In this document: in pieces, positions 39,668 to 49,729 of the stretch | Position numbering within the stretch: the first letter of the stretch is position 1 | How the letters are laid out: every line of letters begins with the position of its first letter | From: an uncultured delta proteobacterium | Lineage (GTDB): Bacteria; Desulfobacterota; Binatia; Binatales; Binataceae | Direction: 5' to 3' | DNA: 64,000 nucleotides | Assembly: GCA_963711565.1 (NCBI GenBank) | Contig: CAVQEQ010000003.1 | Span: 1,472,001 to 1,536,000, forward strand | The notes under the pieces: model-generated | What the model saw: only the letters and a program-made list of their open reading frames with translations | What the model was told of the DNA's origin: nothing | Database searches by the model: none | Made by a program: the position numbers and the translations under genes

Positions 39668-41986
39668 CTACGCTGGCGGTGTCGAGGCAGGCGCCGGTTC
39701 GGGCTGCGCAACGACGGGCGCGGGAGCTTTGTAGCCGCATTCCTTGTTGGCGCATTGCCAGGTGATGCCGGTGCGCTTCAGGTCCTTCTCGACCATGTAG
39801 TTCGCGCCGCAAGACGGGCACGGCTGCAGCACGACTTTGTTCCAGGCGGCGAATTTACATTTGGGATAGCGGCCGCATCCGAAGAAAATCTTTCCACGGC
39901 GGCTGCGCCGTTCGAGGATTTCGCCCTCTTTGCATTCCGGGCAGGCGACTCCGGTCTTGACCGGGTCTGATTGCAGGCGCTTGATTCCGTCGCAATCCGG
40001 ATACCCCGAGCATCCCAGGAATTCACCGAAGCGCGAGCGGCGCTTGACCATCGGCTTGCCGCACTTCTCGCAAACTTCGTCGGAGGGCACCGGCGCGGAC
40101 GGCGCCTTCATCGTGATGTTGCCCTGATCGTCGCGCGCGATCTCGCCGGTGTTGGTGCATTTGGGGTAGTTCGAGCAGGCGAGGAACTCGCCGTTGCGCC
40201 CCCATTTGATCACCATGTCGCCACCGTCGAGCTCGCACTTGAGCCCAGTGGGCAGGCCCTTGTGCTTGACCTCGGGCATCTTCTTTTTCGCGTCGGCAAG
40301 GTCCTTCGCGAACGGCCCGTAGAACCGCTTCATCGTCTTGACCCAGTTCTCGGCGCCCTCTTCAACCTTGTCGAGGTCTTCTTCGAACTGGGCGGTGAAG
40401 CTGGATTCGAGGATGTCGGGAAACGCCTTCACCAGCATGTCGTTGACGACGCGCCCGAGCGACGTCGGCCGCATCCGCTTGCTCTCATCCTCTTCGACGT
40501 ACTCGACGCGCAGGATGCTCGTCATGATCGCGGCGTAGGTCGAGGGTCGGCCTATCCCCTGCTCTTCGAGCACCTTGATGAGCGTGGCCTGCGTGTAGCG
40601 CGGCGGCGGCTGGGTGAAATGCTGCTCCGGGTCGAGACCCAGCAAAGTCAGCGTCTCTCCTTCGTCGAGCATCGGCAGCGTGCCCTCTTCGTCTTCGGGC
40701 TCGTCCTGGCCCTCGATATACACGCGCATGAAGCCGTCGAACTTCATCACCTGCCCGGTCGCGCGGAAAATTGCGTCGGCCGATTCGATGTCCACGGTCG
40801 TGCGGTCGTACACCGCCGGCATCATCTGGCTCGAAACGAAGCGGTTATAGATAAGGGTGTAGAGCGCGAGCATGTCCTTGTCGAGGTAGCGCGCGATCGA
40901 CTCGGGATCGCGCTCGACGGCGGTCGGGCGAATCGCTTCGTGCGCGCCCTGCGACTGCTTGCCGGATTTATAGAAATTCGGCTGATCGGGGATGTACTCC
41001 TTCCCGTAGCGCGAGCCGATATGGTTGCGGACGGATTCGAGCGCCTGGTCGGAGACGCGCGGCGAGTCGGTACGCATATAAGTGATAAGACCGACCGCGC
41101 CCTCCTCGCCCAGCTCGACGCCCTCGTACAGCTTCTGCGCTATCTGCATCGTGCGCCGCGGCTGATAGTACAGCTTGCGCGACGCCTCTTGCTGAAGCCG
41201 CGAAGTGATGAACGGAGGCGCGGGACTGCGGCGGACTTCCTTGCGCTCGATGCTCTTTACAGTGAAGGGCGCCTTCTCAACAGCCGCGATGATCTCCCGG
41301 GCCTGCGCTTCGGGCAGCTTGTATGCCTTATTGTCGATGCGATCGTCTTTGTAGCTGTAGAGGCGCGCCTTGAACGGGGGCGGATTTTTTCCGGTGAGAC
41401 GCGCGTCGAGGGTCCAGTATTCCTCGGCGCGGAATGCCTCGCGTTCGCGCTCGCGGTCGACGATTATCCTGAGCGCGACCGACTGCACGCGCCCGGCGCT
41501 GATGCCGCGCTTGACCTTGTCCCACAGCAGCGGGCTGAGCTTGTATCCGACCAGCCGGTCCAGCACCCGCCGCGCCTGGTACGCGTCGAACAGGTTGTGA
41601 TCGAGCTTCGAGGGGTTGGCGACCGCCTCTTTGACGGCGGCGGACGTGATTTCATGCAGCAGCACGCGGCTGACCTTGGACTTGGTCTTGCCGAGATGCT
41701 CGGATATATGCCACGCGATCGCCTCGCCTTCGCGGTCGGGGTCGCTGGCAAGGTAGATGTTGTCCTTGCCCTTGGCGGCGGTTTTGATCTCGCCGAGTAT
41801 CTTCTCTTTGCCCTTGATTGTGACGAAATCGGGGGCGAAATTGTGCTCGATATCGACCCCCAGCTTGCTCTTGGGCAGATCGACGACGTGGCCGACCGAG
41901 GGCATGACCTGGTAGTCGCTACCGAGATAGCGCTTGATTGTTTTCGCCTTTGCAGGCGATTCGACGATTACGAGATTTTTTGCCAC
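39668..41986 (-). CDS. topA: DNA topoisomerase I
   Basis: LVIVESPAKAK, DPDREGE, SAGRVQS, ITYMRTDS, C-terminal Zn ribbons. Confidence 0.97.
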   Translation of the reverse strand: MAKNLVIVESPAKAKTIKRYLGSDYQVMPSVGHVVDLPKSKLGVDIEHNFAPDFVTIKGKEKILGEIKTAAKGKDNIYLASDPDREGEAIAWHISEHLGKTKSKVSRVLLHEITSAAVKEAVANPSKLDHNLFDAYQARRVLDRLVGYKLSPLLWDKVKRGISAGRVQSVALRIIVDREREREAFRAEEYWTLDARLTGKNPPPFKARLYSYKDDRIDNKAYKLPEAQAREIIAAVEKAPFTVKSIERKEVRRSPAPPFITSRLQQEASRKLYYQPRRTMQIAQKLYEGVELGEEGAVGLITYMRTDSPRVSDQALESVRNHIGSRYGKEYIPDQPNFYKSGKQSQGAHEAIRPTAVERDPESIARYLDKDMLALYTLIYNRFVSSQMMPAVYDRTTVDIESADAIFRATGQVMKFDGFMRVYIEGQDEPEDEEGTLPMLDEGETLTLLGLDPEQHFTQPPPRYTQATLIKVLEEQGIGRPSTYAAIMTSILRVEYVEEDESKRMRPTSLGRVVNDMLVKAFPDILESSFTAQFEEDLDKVEEGAENWVKTMKRFYGPFAKDLADAKKKMPEVKHKGLPTGLKCELDGGDMVIKWGRNGEFLACSNYPKCTNTGEIARDDQGNITMKAPSAPVPSDEVCEKCGKPMVKRRSRFGEFLGCSGYPDCDGIKRLQSDPVKTGVACPECKEGEILERRSRRGKIFFGCGRYPKCKFAAWNKVVLQPCPSCGANYMVEKDLKRTGITWQCANKECGYKAPAPVVAQPEPAPASTPPA

Positions 41987-42076
41987 CGAATTAGGCGCCT
42001 CCAGTCCCGTACCCAGCCCAGCAGGTTTCGCGCCAGCCAAAATCCCCGACGCTACAGGGCTTACACCCTGCCAGAG

Positions 42077-43268
42077 TCATGCAAGCGAGAAAAGCTTGCC
42101 TGGATGCTGGGTGACGCGACCTTCGAGTTCAAGTTCCAACAGTAACCTAAGCACGGTTTGGGCATTTAGCCCGGAGGACTCGATGATCGAGTCGACGTGG
42201 AGTCTTTCAGAATCTTTTAGATTATTCAAGATTGTCATAGCACTTTCTGTAACTGCTCCGAGTGTCTTGGCGCCTTCGGTAGCTCGAGCGAAGGGAGCTA
42301 CTTCAACCTTTGCAGTTCTATTAGACGTTAGCTGCGTGGGAGTCGATTCGGCAGGCACTTCGGGCGGGCTCGCAGACGAGCGCGGTCCAGTCATCTGAGG
42401 CGCGAGCTCTTCGATCACGTCCTCGACGCATTCGACCAGTTTCGCGCCCTCCTTCAACAGGCGATTGCTGCCGCGAGTCTTGCCGCTAAGCGGGCTGCCG
42501 GGGACGGCGAAAACCTGGCGATCCTGTTCGAGCGCCATCCGCGCCGTGATCAGCGATCCGCTTTTCTCGGCCGCCTCGACGATTACGACGCCCAGGCACA
42601 ATCCCGACAGGATGCGGTTGCGAGTCGGGAAATTTTCCGCCAATGGTTGCGTTCCAATCGGGAGCTCGCTGATGATCGCGCCGCCGCTTTCGATTATCGC
42701 CTCGGCGAGCTTGCGATGCTCGGCAGGGTAGATTACATCGACGCCGCATCCGAGCACTGCAATCGTCTTGCCGTGCGCGTCGAGGGCGCCTTGGTGCGCC
42801 TCGCCGTCGATTCCGCGCGCCAACCCGCTCACGACGCCGAAGCCCTTGGCGGCGAGCTCGAGACCGAGCCTATTCGCCATACGGCGTCCGATATCGCTGG
42901 CCGCGCGCGCACCGACGATTGCGATGTAGTTGGCGTCAGTCAGTTGCGCACTGCCGCGCACGAACAGGAACGGCGGCGGGTCGGCGATCTGGCGCAAGTT
43001 CGGCGGATAGTCGGCGTCGGTCCACTTGACGACGCGCGCGCCGATATTCGGCAGCTCGCATAGTTCTTTCTTCGAGCGATTCGAAATCGCGAAATTCGGC
43101 GATATTTCGTGCCGTGTTGCGCGGAACTCCAGCCGCCGCGATCTCGTCGGCATTGAGCTGGAATATTTTCTCTGGCGCGCCGAACTTCTCGATCAGCAGC
43201 TTGCACGTTCGCGGACCGACCCCGTGCGCTCGTCTCAATGCGAGCCAGTAAACATCCGGTGAAGGCAT
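42077..43268 (-). pseudogene. dprA: DNA-processing protein DprA, split by a +1 frameshift near 43070
   Basis: N-terminus (WLAL..GVGP) in one frame, YPPNLRQIADPP/VSGLARGID/FPTRNRI in another. Confidence 0.85.
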
Positions 43269-43367
43269 ATAGATAAATTGTTCTCAACGCCGGGGATACG
43301 CAACCATCTCGTCCACGCGGCGTATTCCCAGGGACGGTCAGGAGGGCTTTGCGGCGGCCACGTTTTG

Positions 43368-43396
43368 TTGACCGTGCGATACGAATCGCATAAGTT
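43368..43396 (+). promoter_or_regulatory. Putative sigma70 promoter with TGCGA-N6-TCGCA palindrome in the spacer
   Basis: TTGACC-N17-TAAGTT; palindrome at 43375-43390. Confidence 0.45.
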
Positions 43397-43467
43397 ACGC
43401 GCAACCGTCTTATCTGCTACTATTAGACATTCGGCATCCTGTTTTGACGGCTGACGGAGGACGAGTA

Positions 43468-44052
43468 TTGGGCGCTACATCACTTGGTTCGATGGATTTC
43501 ACGGGAATGTCCCCGGCGGACAAGCAGATTCTCATCTTCAGCTTTTATCGCGATGCAGAATTGCGCGGTGCGCGTTTGCTCTTCAATCTTCTGTCACACA
43601 TGAAAGACGGTGAGTCGCAACTCAAGATGACGGCTCATCTGGCGGATGAAACGCGCCATGCTTACCTGTGGACCAAGCGAATCTCGGACCTCGGCGGCGC
43701 GCCCATCTTGATCGACGACGGTTACCAGCGCCGGCTGGGTCTGCGGACCGGCGTGCCGAAGACGATCATCGATCTGCTCGCGTTGACGGTCGTGGTCGAG
43801 GAGCGCGCGCAGAGCCGCTACAACGCGCACATGGCGCTGCCGAACGTCGATGCGGAAACGATGGAAGTGCTGAAGTCGGTCACCAAGGACGAATCGTGGC
43901 ATCTGTCGTGGATTGAAAAGGAGATGCACGAGCTTGCGAAAGCACAGGGCCACGAAGAGCAGGCCGAAAAGTCGCTCGATCGGTATCGCAAGATCGATCG
44001 CGAAGTTTACGCCACTATCGCCGCCGACGAAGCCGAGCTGATGCGCGCGTAA
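43468..44052 (+). CDS. Ferritin-like (di-iron four-helix) protein
   Basis: E...DETRH and EE...DESWH ligand pattern; TTG start after GGAGG. Confidence 0.8.
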   Translation: MGATSLGSMDFTGMSPADKQILIFSFYRDAELRGARLLFNLLSHMKDGESQLKMTAHLADETRHAYLWTKRISDLGGAPILIDDGYQRRLGLRTGVPKTIIDLLALTVVVEERAQSRYNAHMALPNVDAETMEVLKSVTKDESWHLSWIEKEMHELAKAQGHEEQAEKSLDRYRKIDREVYATIAADEAELMRA

Positions 44053-44081
44053 GAGCGAGCATCCCGTTCAACCCGATCTTT

Positions 44082-44858
44082 GTGCGTTCATTGCAAGCAG
44101 CCGTCGGCGCATTTGCAGCCGCGATTTTTCTATGTCTCGCCCCGTCGGCTCACGCCGGATGGATTCCCGGTGAATTCACCTCCGACGGCAAACCGGTTCA
44201 TGAATACCATTGTGTGCCGAAGGGCAGCGGGCCGCATCCCGCGGTCGTGCTTCTGCATGGTGCGTCGGCGCGCAAGGACGTCGGCAATGCCGACTTCGAA
44301 GAGATGTGCGGCAAGCTCGCCGACCTCGGCTATTACACCGAATTCATCGAGTACTTCAGTCAGACCGATGCGGTCGGCGCGGGCCAGCTCGATCAGATCA
44401 GGCAAGACTTCCCGATCTGGCTCGACGAGATTCATTCGGGCCTCGACGCACTCGAGAAGAATCCCGCGGTCGATCCTCATCGCGTCGCCCTCATGGGATT
44501 CTCGCTCGGCTCGTTCCTGTCGCTCTCAATGGGCGCGATAGATCCGAGCCAGATCGCGGCGATCGTCGAGTACTACGGCGGACTCCCGCCGAACCTGAGT
44601 GACGGCGCCAGGGCGATGCCGCCAGTGTTGATCCTGCACGGGGACAAGGACGTGCTGGTGCCGGTGGCTCAGGCGCACGCACTCGACGAGATGCTGACGA
44701 AGTACAAACGTCCGCACGAAATAAAGATCTACGCGGGCGCGAATCACGCCTTCAACTTCCCCGGGCTTGCCTTCTGGTACAACGCCGCCGATGCGCAAGA
44801 CGCATGGAATCGCAGCAGCAAGTTCCTGGTGGCGAATCTCAACAACCCCGCCAAATAG
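44082..44858 (+). CDS. Secreted dienelactone hydrolase-family alpha/beta hydrolase
   Basis: Signal peptide, GFSLG, HGDKD, YAGANHAF. Confidence 0.88.
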   Translation: MRSLQAAVGAFAAAIFLCLAPSAHAGWIPGEFTSDGKPVHEYHCVPKGSGPHPAVVLLHGASARKDVGNADFEEMCGKLADLGYYTEFIEYFSQTDAVGAGQLDQIRQDFPIWLDEIHSGLDALEKNPAVDPHRVALMGFSLGSFLSLSMGAIDPSQIAAIVEYYGGLPPNLSDGARAMPPVLILHGDKDVLVPVAQAHALDEMLTKYKRPHEIKIYAGANHAFNFPGLAFWYNAADAQDAWNRSSKFLVANLNNPAK

Positions 44859-44913
44859 TGGGTGCAGGGGTCACCCCTGCCGAAGGAAGCGTGAAACCCA
44901 TCGCGGGTTTCAC
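44858..44913. repeat. Twin hairpins between convergent genes (REP-like or terminator)
   Basis: GCAGGGG-TCA-CCCCTGC and GTGAAACCC-ATCGC-GGGTTTCAC. Confidence 0.55.
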
Positions 44914-44932
44914 ATTCGATTAAGTTCCAAGG

Positions 44933-45817
44933 TTAAGCGGTGCGCGCTAGCTTTTGCCCGCGCTGCGCCGCGAGCGCGGCGTTGATCTGCAGGCGCATCG
45001 CCTCGGCGTATTCGGCGGCGGCCTCGACGGGCTTGGCGCCGTCTTTCTTCTTATACGCATACATCAGGCTGCGGCTCGCATTCACGATGAACCCGGTGCC
45101 GTCGGCGCGCGCCGACGCGACCGCGTCCGCCGCCGTTCCGCCTTGCGTGTCGTAGCCCGGCACGAGGATCGTCGCCGCCGGCATCAGTTCGCGCGCGCGC
45201 CGCGCCTGCACCGGAAACGTCGCGCCGACCACGGCGCCAACGGAGCTGAGCCCGCTTGCGCCGATAAAATCGCCGCCCCATCCGTTCACGCGCTCCGCCA
45301 CCGATTCCCAAATCGGGTGATTCGGCGCGTCACGATCCTGAAATTCTCCCGACGAGGGATTCGAAGTCTTCACGAGCACGAATACGCCGCGGCCGTTTTT
45401 GACCTTCGCGATAAACGGCATCAGCGCGTCGCTGCCCTGGTACGGATTGACCGTCACGGCGTCGCAATTGAAATCGCCGTCGCCGAGAAACGCCTCCGCG
45501 TATGCGGCCGACGTGGTGCCGATATCGCCGCGCTTCGCATCCGCGATCGTAATTAAGCCAAGCCGCCGGGCCGTTTTTACGACCTCGCAAAACGCTCGCA
45601 TCCCATCGAGTCCGCGCGCCTCGTAAAACGCAAGCTGCGGCTTGACCGCGATCGCGGAGCGCGCGCATGCCTCGACGATCTCGCAACAAAAGCGCGCGAG
45701 CGTGTAGCCGGACGGGATTCCCGGAGCGCCGGGCGTATCCAGCTGGGGATCGATACCGAGCACGACCACGCTGTCCTTGAGGCGCGAGGCGGAGGCGAGA
45801 CGGTCGGCAAAGTTCAT
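44933..45817 (-). CDS. pyrF: Orotidine-5'-phosphate decarboxylase
   Basis: LGIDP, KPQLAFYE, DAKRGDIGTT, VKTSNP, VNASRS. Confidence 0.95.
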   Translation of the reverse strand: MNFADRLASASRLKDSVVVLGIDPQLDTPGAPGIPSGYTLARFCCEIVEACARSAIAVKPQLAFYEARGLDGMRAFCEVVKTARRLGLITIADAKRGDIGTTSAAYAEAFLGDGDFNCDAVTVNPYQGSDALMPFIAKVKNGRGVFVLVKTSNPSSGEFQDRDAPNHPIWESVAERVNGWGGDFIGASGLSSVGAVVGATFPVQARRARELMPAATILVPGYDTQGGTAADAVASARADGTGFIVNASRSLMYAYKKKDGAKPVEAAAEYAEAMRLQINAALAAQRGQKLARTA

Positions 45818-45916
45818 CGCGCGCATTATTGCATAGCGCGGCGCGGAGGTCACATCGGGCGTTGCCTTTTCGCATCCGCCGCGGGCATCCTTTGAGACAA
45901 CGACGGGAAAAACCGC

Positions 45917-46624
45917 ATGAACAACCTGACTATCGTTACCAAGCTTCGTTTCATGGCCGCGATCGCGCCGGCGATCCTGTTGCTCGTGGCAGCGCTGATT
46001 GTGGGCGCGTTTCACGTATTCGGCACGACACCGCAGGAAATCTACGACAACGAGTACGCGGCGGCGCGCGCGGCCCAGGGGATGGAGACCGCGCTTTACA
46101 AAATGGATTGGGGACGCACACAGCCCGAGGCCTCGCAAATCGTGATGGATCAGCAGCGCGGATTCATTTCTGAGATCGAGGTCGCGCGCCAGCACATCGG
46201 AAGCACCGAGCAGGCCCAGAGCCTTGAGAAAATCGCCAACGACGCGCGGCCGCTGTTCGACGCGATGCGAACGGCATCGCCGAGCGACGACAGCCTCGAG
46301 CCGAAGCTCCGCGATCTGCAGGGAGCGGTAGCGGATCTGATGAGCCTCGACGACGCGGCCCTGATAGCGGTCGCCAACAACGCCGAAGCGCAATCCCGCA
46401 CGATGATCGCGATTACAGTCGTGGGACTGGTGGTCGTCCCGTGGATTTGTTTCGTAGTGATCGCACGCCTGTCCGGCAATCTCTACAAGGAACTCAAGGC
46501 GATGCGTCGCCGCGTCGAAGCTCTAACAGAGCGCGAGCCGTCTCCGTCCGCCGACACGCAAGCCCTCGACGAATCCCTGTCAAAGCTGGGCTTCCCAAAA
46601 CCAAACCCAATGCTCGCCGAGTAG
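45917..46624 (+). CDS. Two-TM membrane protein with helical extracytoplasmic domain
   Basis: TM-helical domain-TM topology, short C-terminal tail. Confidence 0.7.
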   Translation: MNNLTIVTKLRFMAAIAPAILLLVAALIVGAFHVFGTTPQEIYDNEYAAARAAQGMETALYKMDWGRTQPEASQIVMDQQRGFISEIEVARQHIGSTEQAQSLEKIANDARPLFDAMRTASPSDDSLEPKLRDLQGAVADLMSLDDAALIAVANNAEAQSRTMIAITVVGLVVVPWICFVVIARLSGNLYKELKAMRRRVEALTEREPSPSADTQALDESLSKLGFPKPNPMLAE

Positions 46625-46650
46625 CAGGAGTAGTAGAGGAGTATTTTATA

Positions 46651-47055
46651 ATGTCCACTCCGTTCTTTGGTGGATGCGCCTGTGGCGCCATTCGTTACAG
46701 CGCTGAAGGGGAGCCGCTCTACTCAGTGAATTGTCACTGCCGGGATTGTCAACGTGAAACCGGGAGCGCCTATGCCCCCGTCCTTGGTGTTCCCCGCCCA
46801 AACTTCAGCGTGAGAAAAGGGATCCCAAGGTACTTTGAAGTCAAGGCGGATAGTGGGCGTTTCACCAGGAGAGCCTTCTGCGCCGACTGCGGATCGACTC
46901 TCTTCGGCTACGGCGATGAGTTCGTCTCGATTAGAGTCGGCAGCCTGGACGATCCAAGCATCTTTCACCCCAGCCGGGATATTTACACTTCGAGTGCTCA
47001 GCCGTGGGACTACATGAACCCGGACTTGCCGAAAGCTTCTAAGCTGCCAGGCTGA
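46651..47055 (+). CDS. GFA/CENP-V family protein
   Basis: GGCACGAIRY, CHCRDCQR, FCADCGS. Confidence 0.9.
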   Translation: MSTPFFGGCACGAIRYSAEGEPLYSVNCHCRDCQRETGSAYAPVLGVPRPNFSVRKGIPRYFEVKADSGRFTRRAFCADCGSTLFGYGDEFVSIRVGSLDDPSIFHPSRDIYTSSAQPWDYMNPDLPKASKLPG

Positions 47056-47076
47056 TTGAGAAATTCGCGGGAGACT

Positions 47077-47751
47077 CTACCGCTTCTTGCGCTTCGCGAT
47101 TTTCTTCGGCTTTGTCTCGCCGTCGGGTAGCACGATGTCGAGGCTGCGCCATAGGTACCATGCTGCCGCCGTCCTGTACGGACGCCATCGCTCGGCGTGC
47201 TTTAGCAGGCGCTTGCGATTCGGCCGTTGGCGCATCCTGTAGTGCCGCCTGACTGCGTTCTGGACGCCCAGGTCGTCGGCGGGCATCACGTCAGGCCGAC
47301 CCAGGTGGAACATCAAAAACATCTCGGCGGTCCACTTGCCGATTCCCTTGACCTGCGTCAGATGGGCGACGATGTCGTCGTCGGTCATGCGATGGAACAG
47401 ATGGAAGTTGAGCTTGCCGTCGCGAATGTGCGCGGCGAGGTCCTTTATGTAGAGCGCTTTCTTTTCGGAGAGGCCAACTGCGCGCAGCTCGGCGTCCGTT
47501 TTGGCGAGCACCCGTTCCGGCGTCGGGAATTCCACATCGGGGAACAATCCGACGAAGCGGCCGTAGATCGCGTTGGCGGCCGCGCCCGCGAGCTGCTGGA
47601 AAATGATCGCTCGCGCCAGCGCCTGGAAACGCTCGCGCCGCGGCTGGATTCCGAGCGGACCGACCTCGGCAATAATCCGTGCGAGGACCGGATCGGCCTT
47701 GCTAAGATGCGTCCGCGCTTTGCGCGCATACGGGACTCTGTTGGTTGCCAT
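47077..47751 (-). CDS. DNA-3-methyladenine glycosylase (AlkA/HhH-GPD)
   Basis: IIFQQL, LTQVKGIGKWTAEM, PADDLG, WRPYRT. Confidence 0.9.
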   Translation of the reverse strand: MATNRVPYARKARTHLSKADPVLARIIAEVGPLGIQPRRERFQALARAIIFQQLAGAAANAIYGRFVGLFPDVEFPTPERVLAKTDAELRAVGLSEKKALYIKDLAAHIRDGKLNFHLFHRMTDDDIVAHLTQVKGIGKWTAEMFLMFHLGRPDVMPADDLGVQNAVRRHYRMRQRPNRKRLLKHAERWRPYRTAAAWYLWRSLDIVLPDGETKPKKIAKRKKR

Positions 47752-47811
47752 TTGACTGAAGCCGCGGTTCGCCGAATCTTGCACGCCTGCTAAAGTCGTT
47801 CAATCGGTACG

Positions 47812-48261
47812 ATGAGCGAAGACACCAGACTTCCGATGTGCCCCGAGAACCTGTATGAAGGGATGCGCCTCGGCCCGATTCATTATGTCCTCACGCCGGA
47901 GCGGGCGCGCACATTTTCTGATGCGGTCAAGGCGACGAGTCCTGAATTCATTGTCGATGAACGCAATCCCGACGCGATCGTGTCGCCCACGATGCGCCTG
48001 CCCGATTACGCGCTGCTCATCGCGGCTCATCTGAAGGGCGGCAAGGGCGGAGTCCATGCCAAGCACTGGTGCGAGTTTCATGAGCCGATGCGCGTCGGGC
48101 AGGCAATCAAGACCGAGGGCCGAATTACCGCGACGTATCGCAAGCGCGGCAAGTTTTATTTCACGCTCGAGTATGAATCGCGCGACGCGGTGACGAATCA
48201 ACTGCTGGTGCGCCAGGCGATTACGTCGGTACTGCTGAACGACAAGGGGGAGATGCAATGA
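47812..48261 (+). CDS. Hot-dog fold (MaoC-like) protein
   Basis: GVHAK..CEFHEPMRVG...GRI...YRKRGK. Confidence 0.7.
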   Translation: MSEDTRLPMCPENLYEGMRLGPIHYVLTPERARTFSDAVKATSPEFIVDERNPDAIVSPTMRLPDYALLIAAHLKGGKGGVHAKHWCEFHEPMRVGQAIKTEGRITATYRKRGKFYFTLEYESRDAVTNQLLVRQAITSVLLNDKGEMQ

Positions 48262-48695
48262 GCGCGGCGCCCCGCGAGATTCGAATCGGCGCGGAGCTGG
48301 CTTCGGCGCCGTACCTCCTCGACGCGGCCGCGGCAAAGGCCTACCACGACGGTATCGAACTGCCGCCGCGGCGCCGTCCGCCGCGCGGTATCCACGACGA
48401 CACGGACGCGGCGCGCAAGGCTGGTTTCACCGCGCCGATCGCCGGCGGCGCGCAGACTATCGCGGTAATCGCGCAATTCCTCGCCGACACCTTCGGCATG
48501 CGCTTCGTGCGCGGCGGACGTATCGAAGTATCGCTCACGAAGCCGGTCCTATTTGGCGACACTTTGACCTCGCACGCGAAAATCGTTTCCGTCGATCAGA
48601 ATGCGAATCGCGCCGCGCTGCAGATTCACGTCGAGAATCAGCGCGGGGAACAGGTGCTGATGGGCACCGCCGCAGTGAGGATGAGCGACGGATGA
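48258..48695 (+). CDS. MaoC-family dehydratase-like protein
   Basis: IHDD..AARKAGF.APIA.G, KPVLFGDTL. Confidence 0.8.
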   Translation: MSAAPREIRIGAELASAPYLLDAAAAKAYHDGIELPPRRRPPRGIHDDTDAARKAGFTAPIAGGAQTIAVIAQFLADTFGMRFVRGGRIEVSLTKPVLFGDTLTSHAKIVSVDQNANRAALQIHVENQRGEQVLMGTAAVRMSDG

Positions 48696-49726
48696 GCGCT
48701 GGAACCATTCCAAGTTCGAGCGATCCGCTGCGCGATGAGATTCCAGTGGCGCGCGCGACACCGCTCTGGCGCAAGGCGATTCCGTATCTCGGCACGCTCG
48801 CGATCTTTGCGCTGATCTTCTGGCGCATCCCGATACGCAAAGTCGAGCAGGCGCTGTCGCAGGTGCCGATACTCGATTTTCTGGCGGTGTTCATGCCGTA
48901 CTCGCTCTTTTACTGCGCGATCGATTCGGCTTGCCTCACCTGGGTGGTGCGCCGCTTCAACGCGCGCATGCGCTACAGCGACATCCTGCCGATTCGCGCG
49001 AGCATGTACGTGCTGGCGCTGATCAACACCAGCCTCGCACAAGGCGGCGTCGCGTATTACCTGCATCGCAAGGCGGGAGTCACGTTCCTGAGCGCGCTGA
49101 GCTCGGTGCTCTTCATTGCGATGCTCGAAATCTACCAGCTCTTTCTGTTTTCGACGCTCGGCGTGATCTTTTACACACCGGTCGGCGTCGCGCAGACCAG
49201 GATCGTCGCGATTCTTCGGGTCGTGTACATCGCGGCGTGGGCTCTGCTGGCGGGAATCATGATTTTCTTCGCGATCGCCCGCCGCAGCGCGCGGATACGC
49301 AACTGGGTCGAGAATGGAAGAGCTGGCGCACTGCTCGCGACGTTTATACAGGCGCGTCCGCTCGACTACCTGGTGGTGCTGGCGATCAAAGCGCCGACGT
49401 TTCTCGCGTCGGTCGTAGCGCAGTACTACGCGCTGGCGCTGTACGGAATCGCGATCCCGTTCGTTAAGTTGATGCTCTTTCTGCCGCTGGTGTTCCTCGC
49501 CGCGGCGCTGCCGATCTCCGTGGCTCATCTCGGTACCAGCCAGGCGGCTTGGTTGCTGTTCTTCTCGACCAACGCGTCGCCAGCAAAGATTGTCGCCTAC
49601 AGCCTGGCGGCGCAACTCACCTTCATGCTGTGCAATGCGTTGATCGGGCTGGTGTTCCTGCCGCGCGCCAGCCGCGAACTAACAGAACTCCGCGCGGAGC
49701 CGGCGAGCAGTTCCGCGACCGCGTGA
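48692..49726 (+). CDS. Lysylphosphatidylglycerol synthase TM/flippase-like membrane protein
   Basis: ~8 TM segments, LPISVAHLGTSQAAW. Confidence 0.7.
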   Translation: MSAGTIPSSSDPLRDEIPVARATPLWRKAIPYLGTLAIFALIFWRIPIRKVEQALSQVPILDFLAVFMPYSLFYCAIDSACLTWVVRRFNARMRYSDILPIRASMYVLALINTSLAQGGVAYYLHRKAGVTFLSALSSVLFIAMLEIYQLFLFSTLGVIFYTPVGVAQTRIVAILRVVYIAAWALLAGIMIFFAIARRSARIRNWVENGRAGALLATFIQARPLDYLVVLAIKAPTFLASVVAQYYALALYGIAIPFVKLMLFLPLVFLAAALPISVAHLGTSQAAWLLFFSTNASPAKIVAYSLAAQLTFMLCNALIGLVFLPRASRELTELRAEPASSSATA

Positions 49727-49729
49727 AGC

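Noticed and set aside
39971-42145. 724-aa + strand ORF
   Set aside because: Antisense shadow of topA.
46651-47055. GFA and frmA as one formaldehyde operon
   Set aside because: They are 15 kb apart, and GFA-family proteins are functionally diverse.
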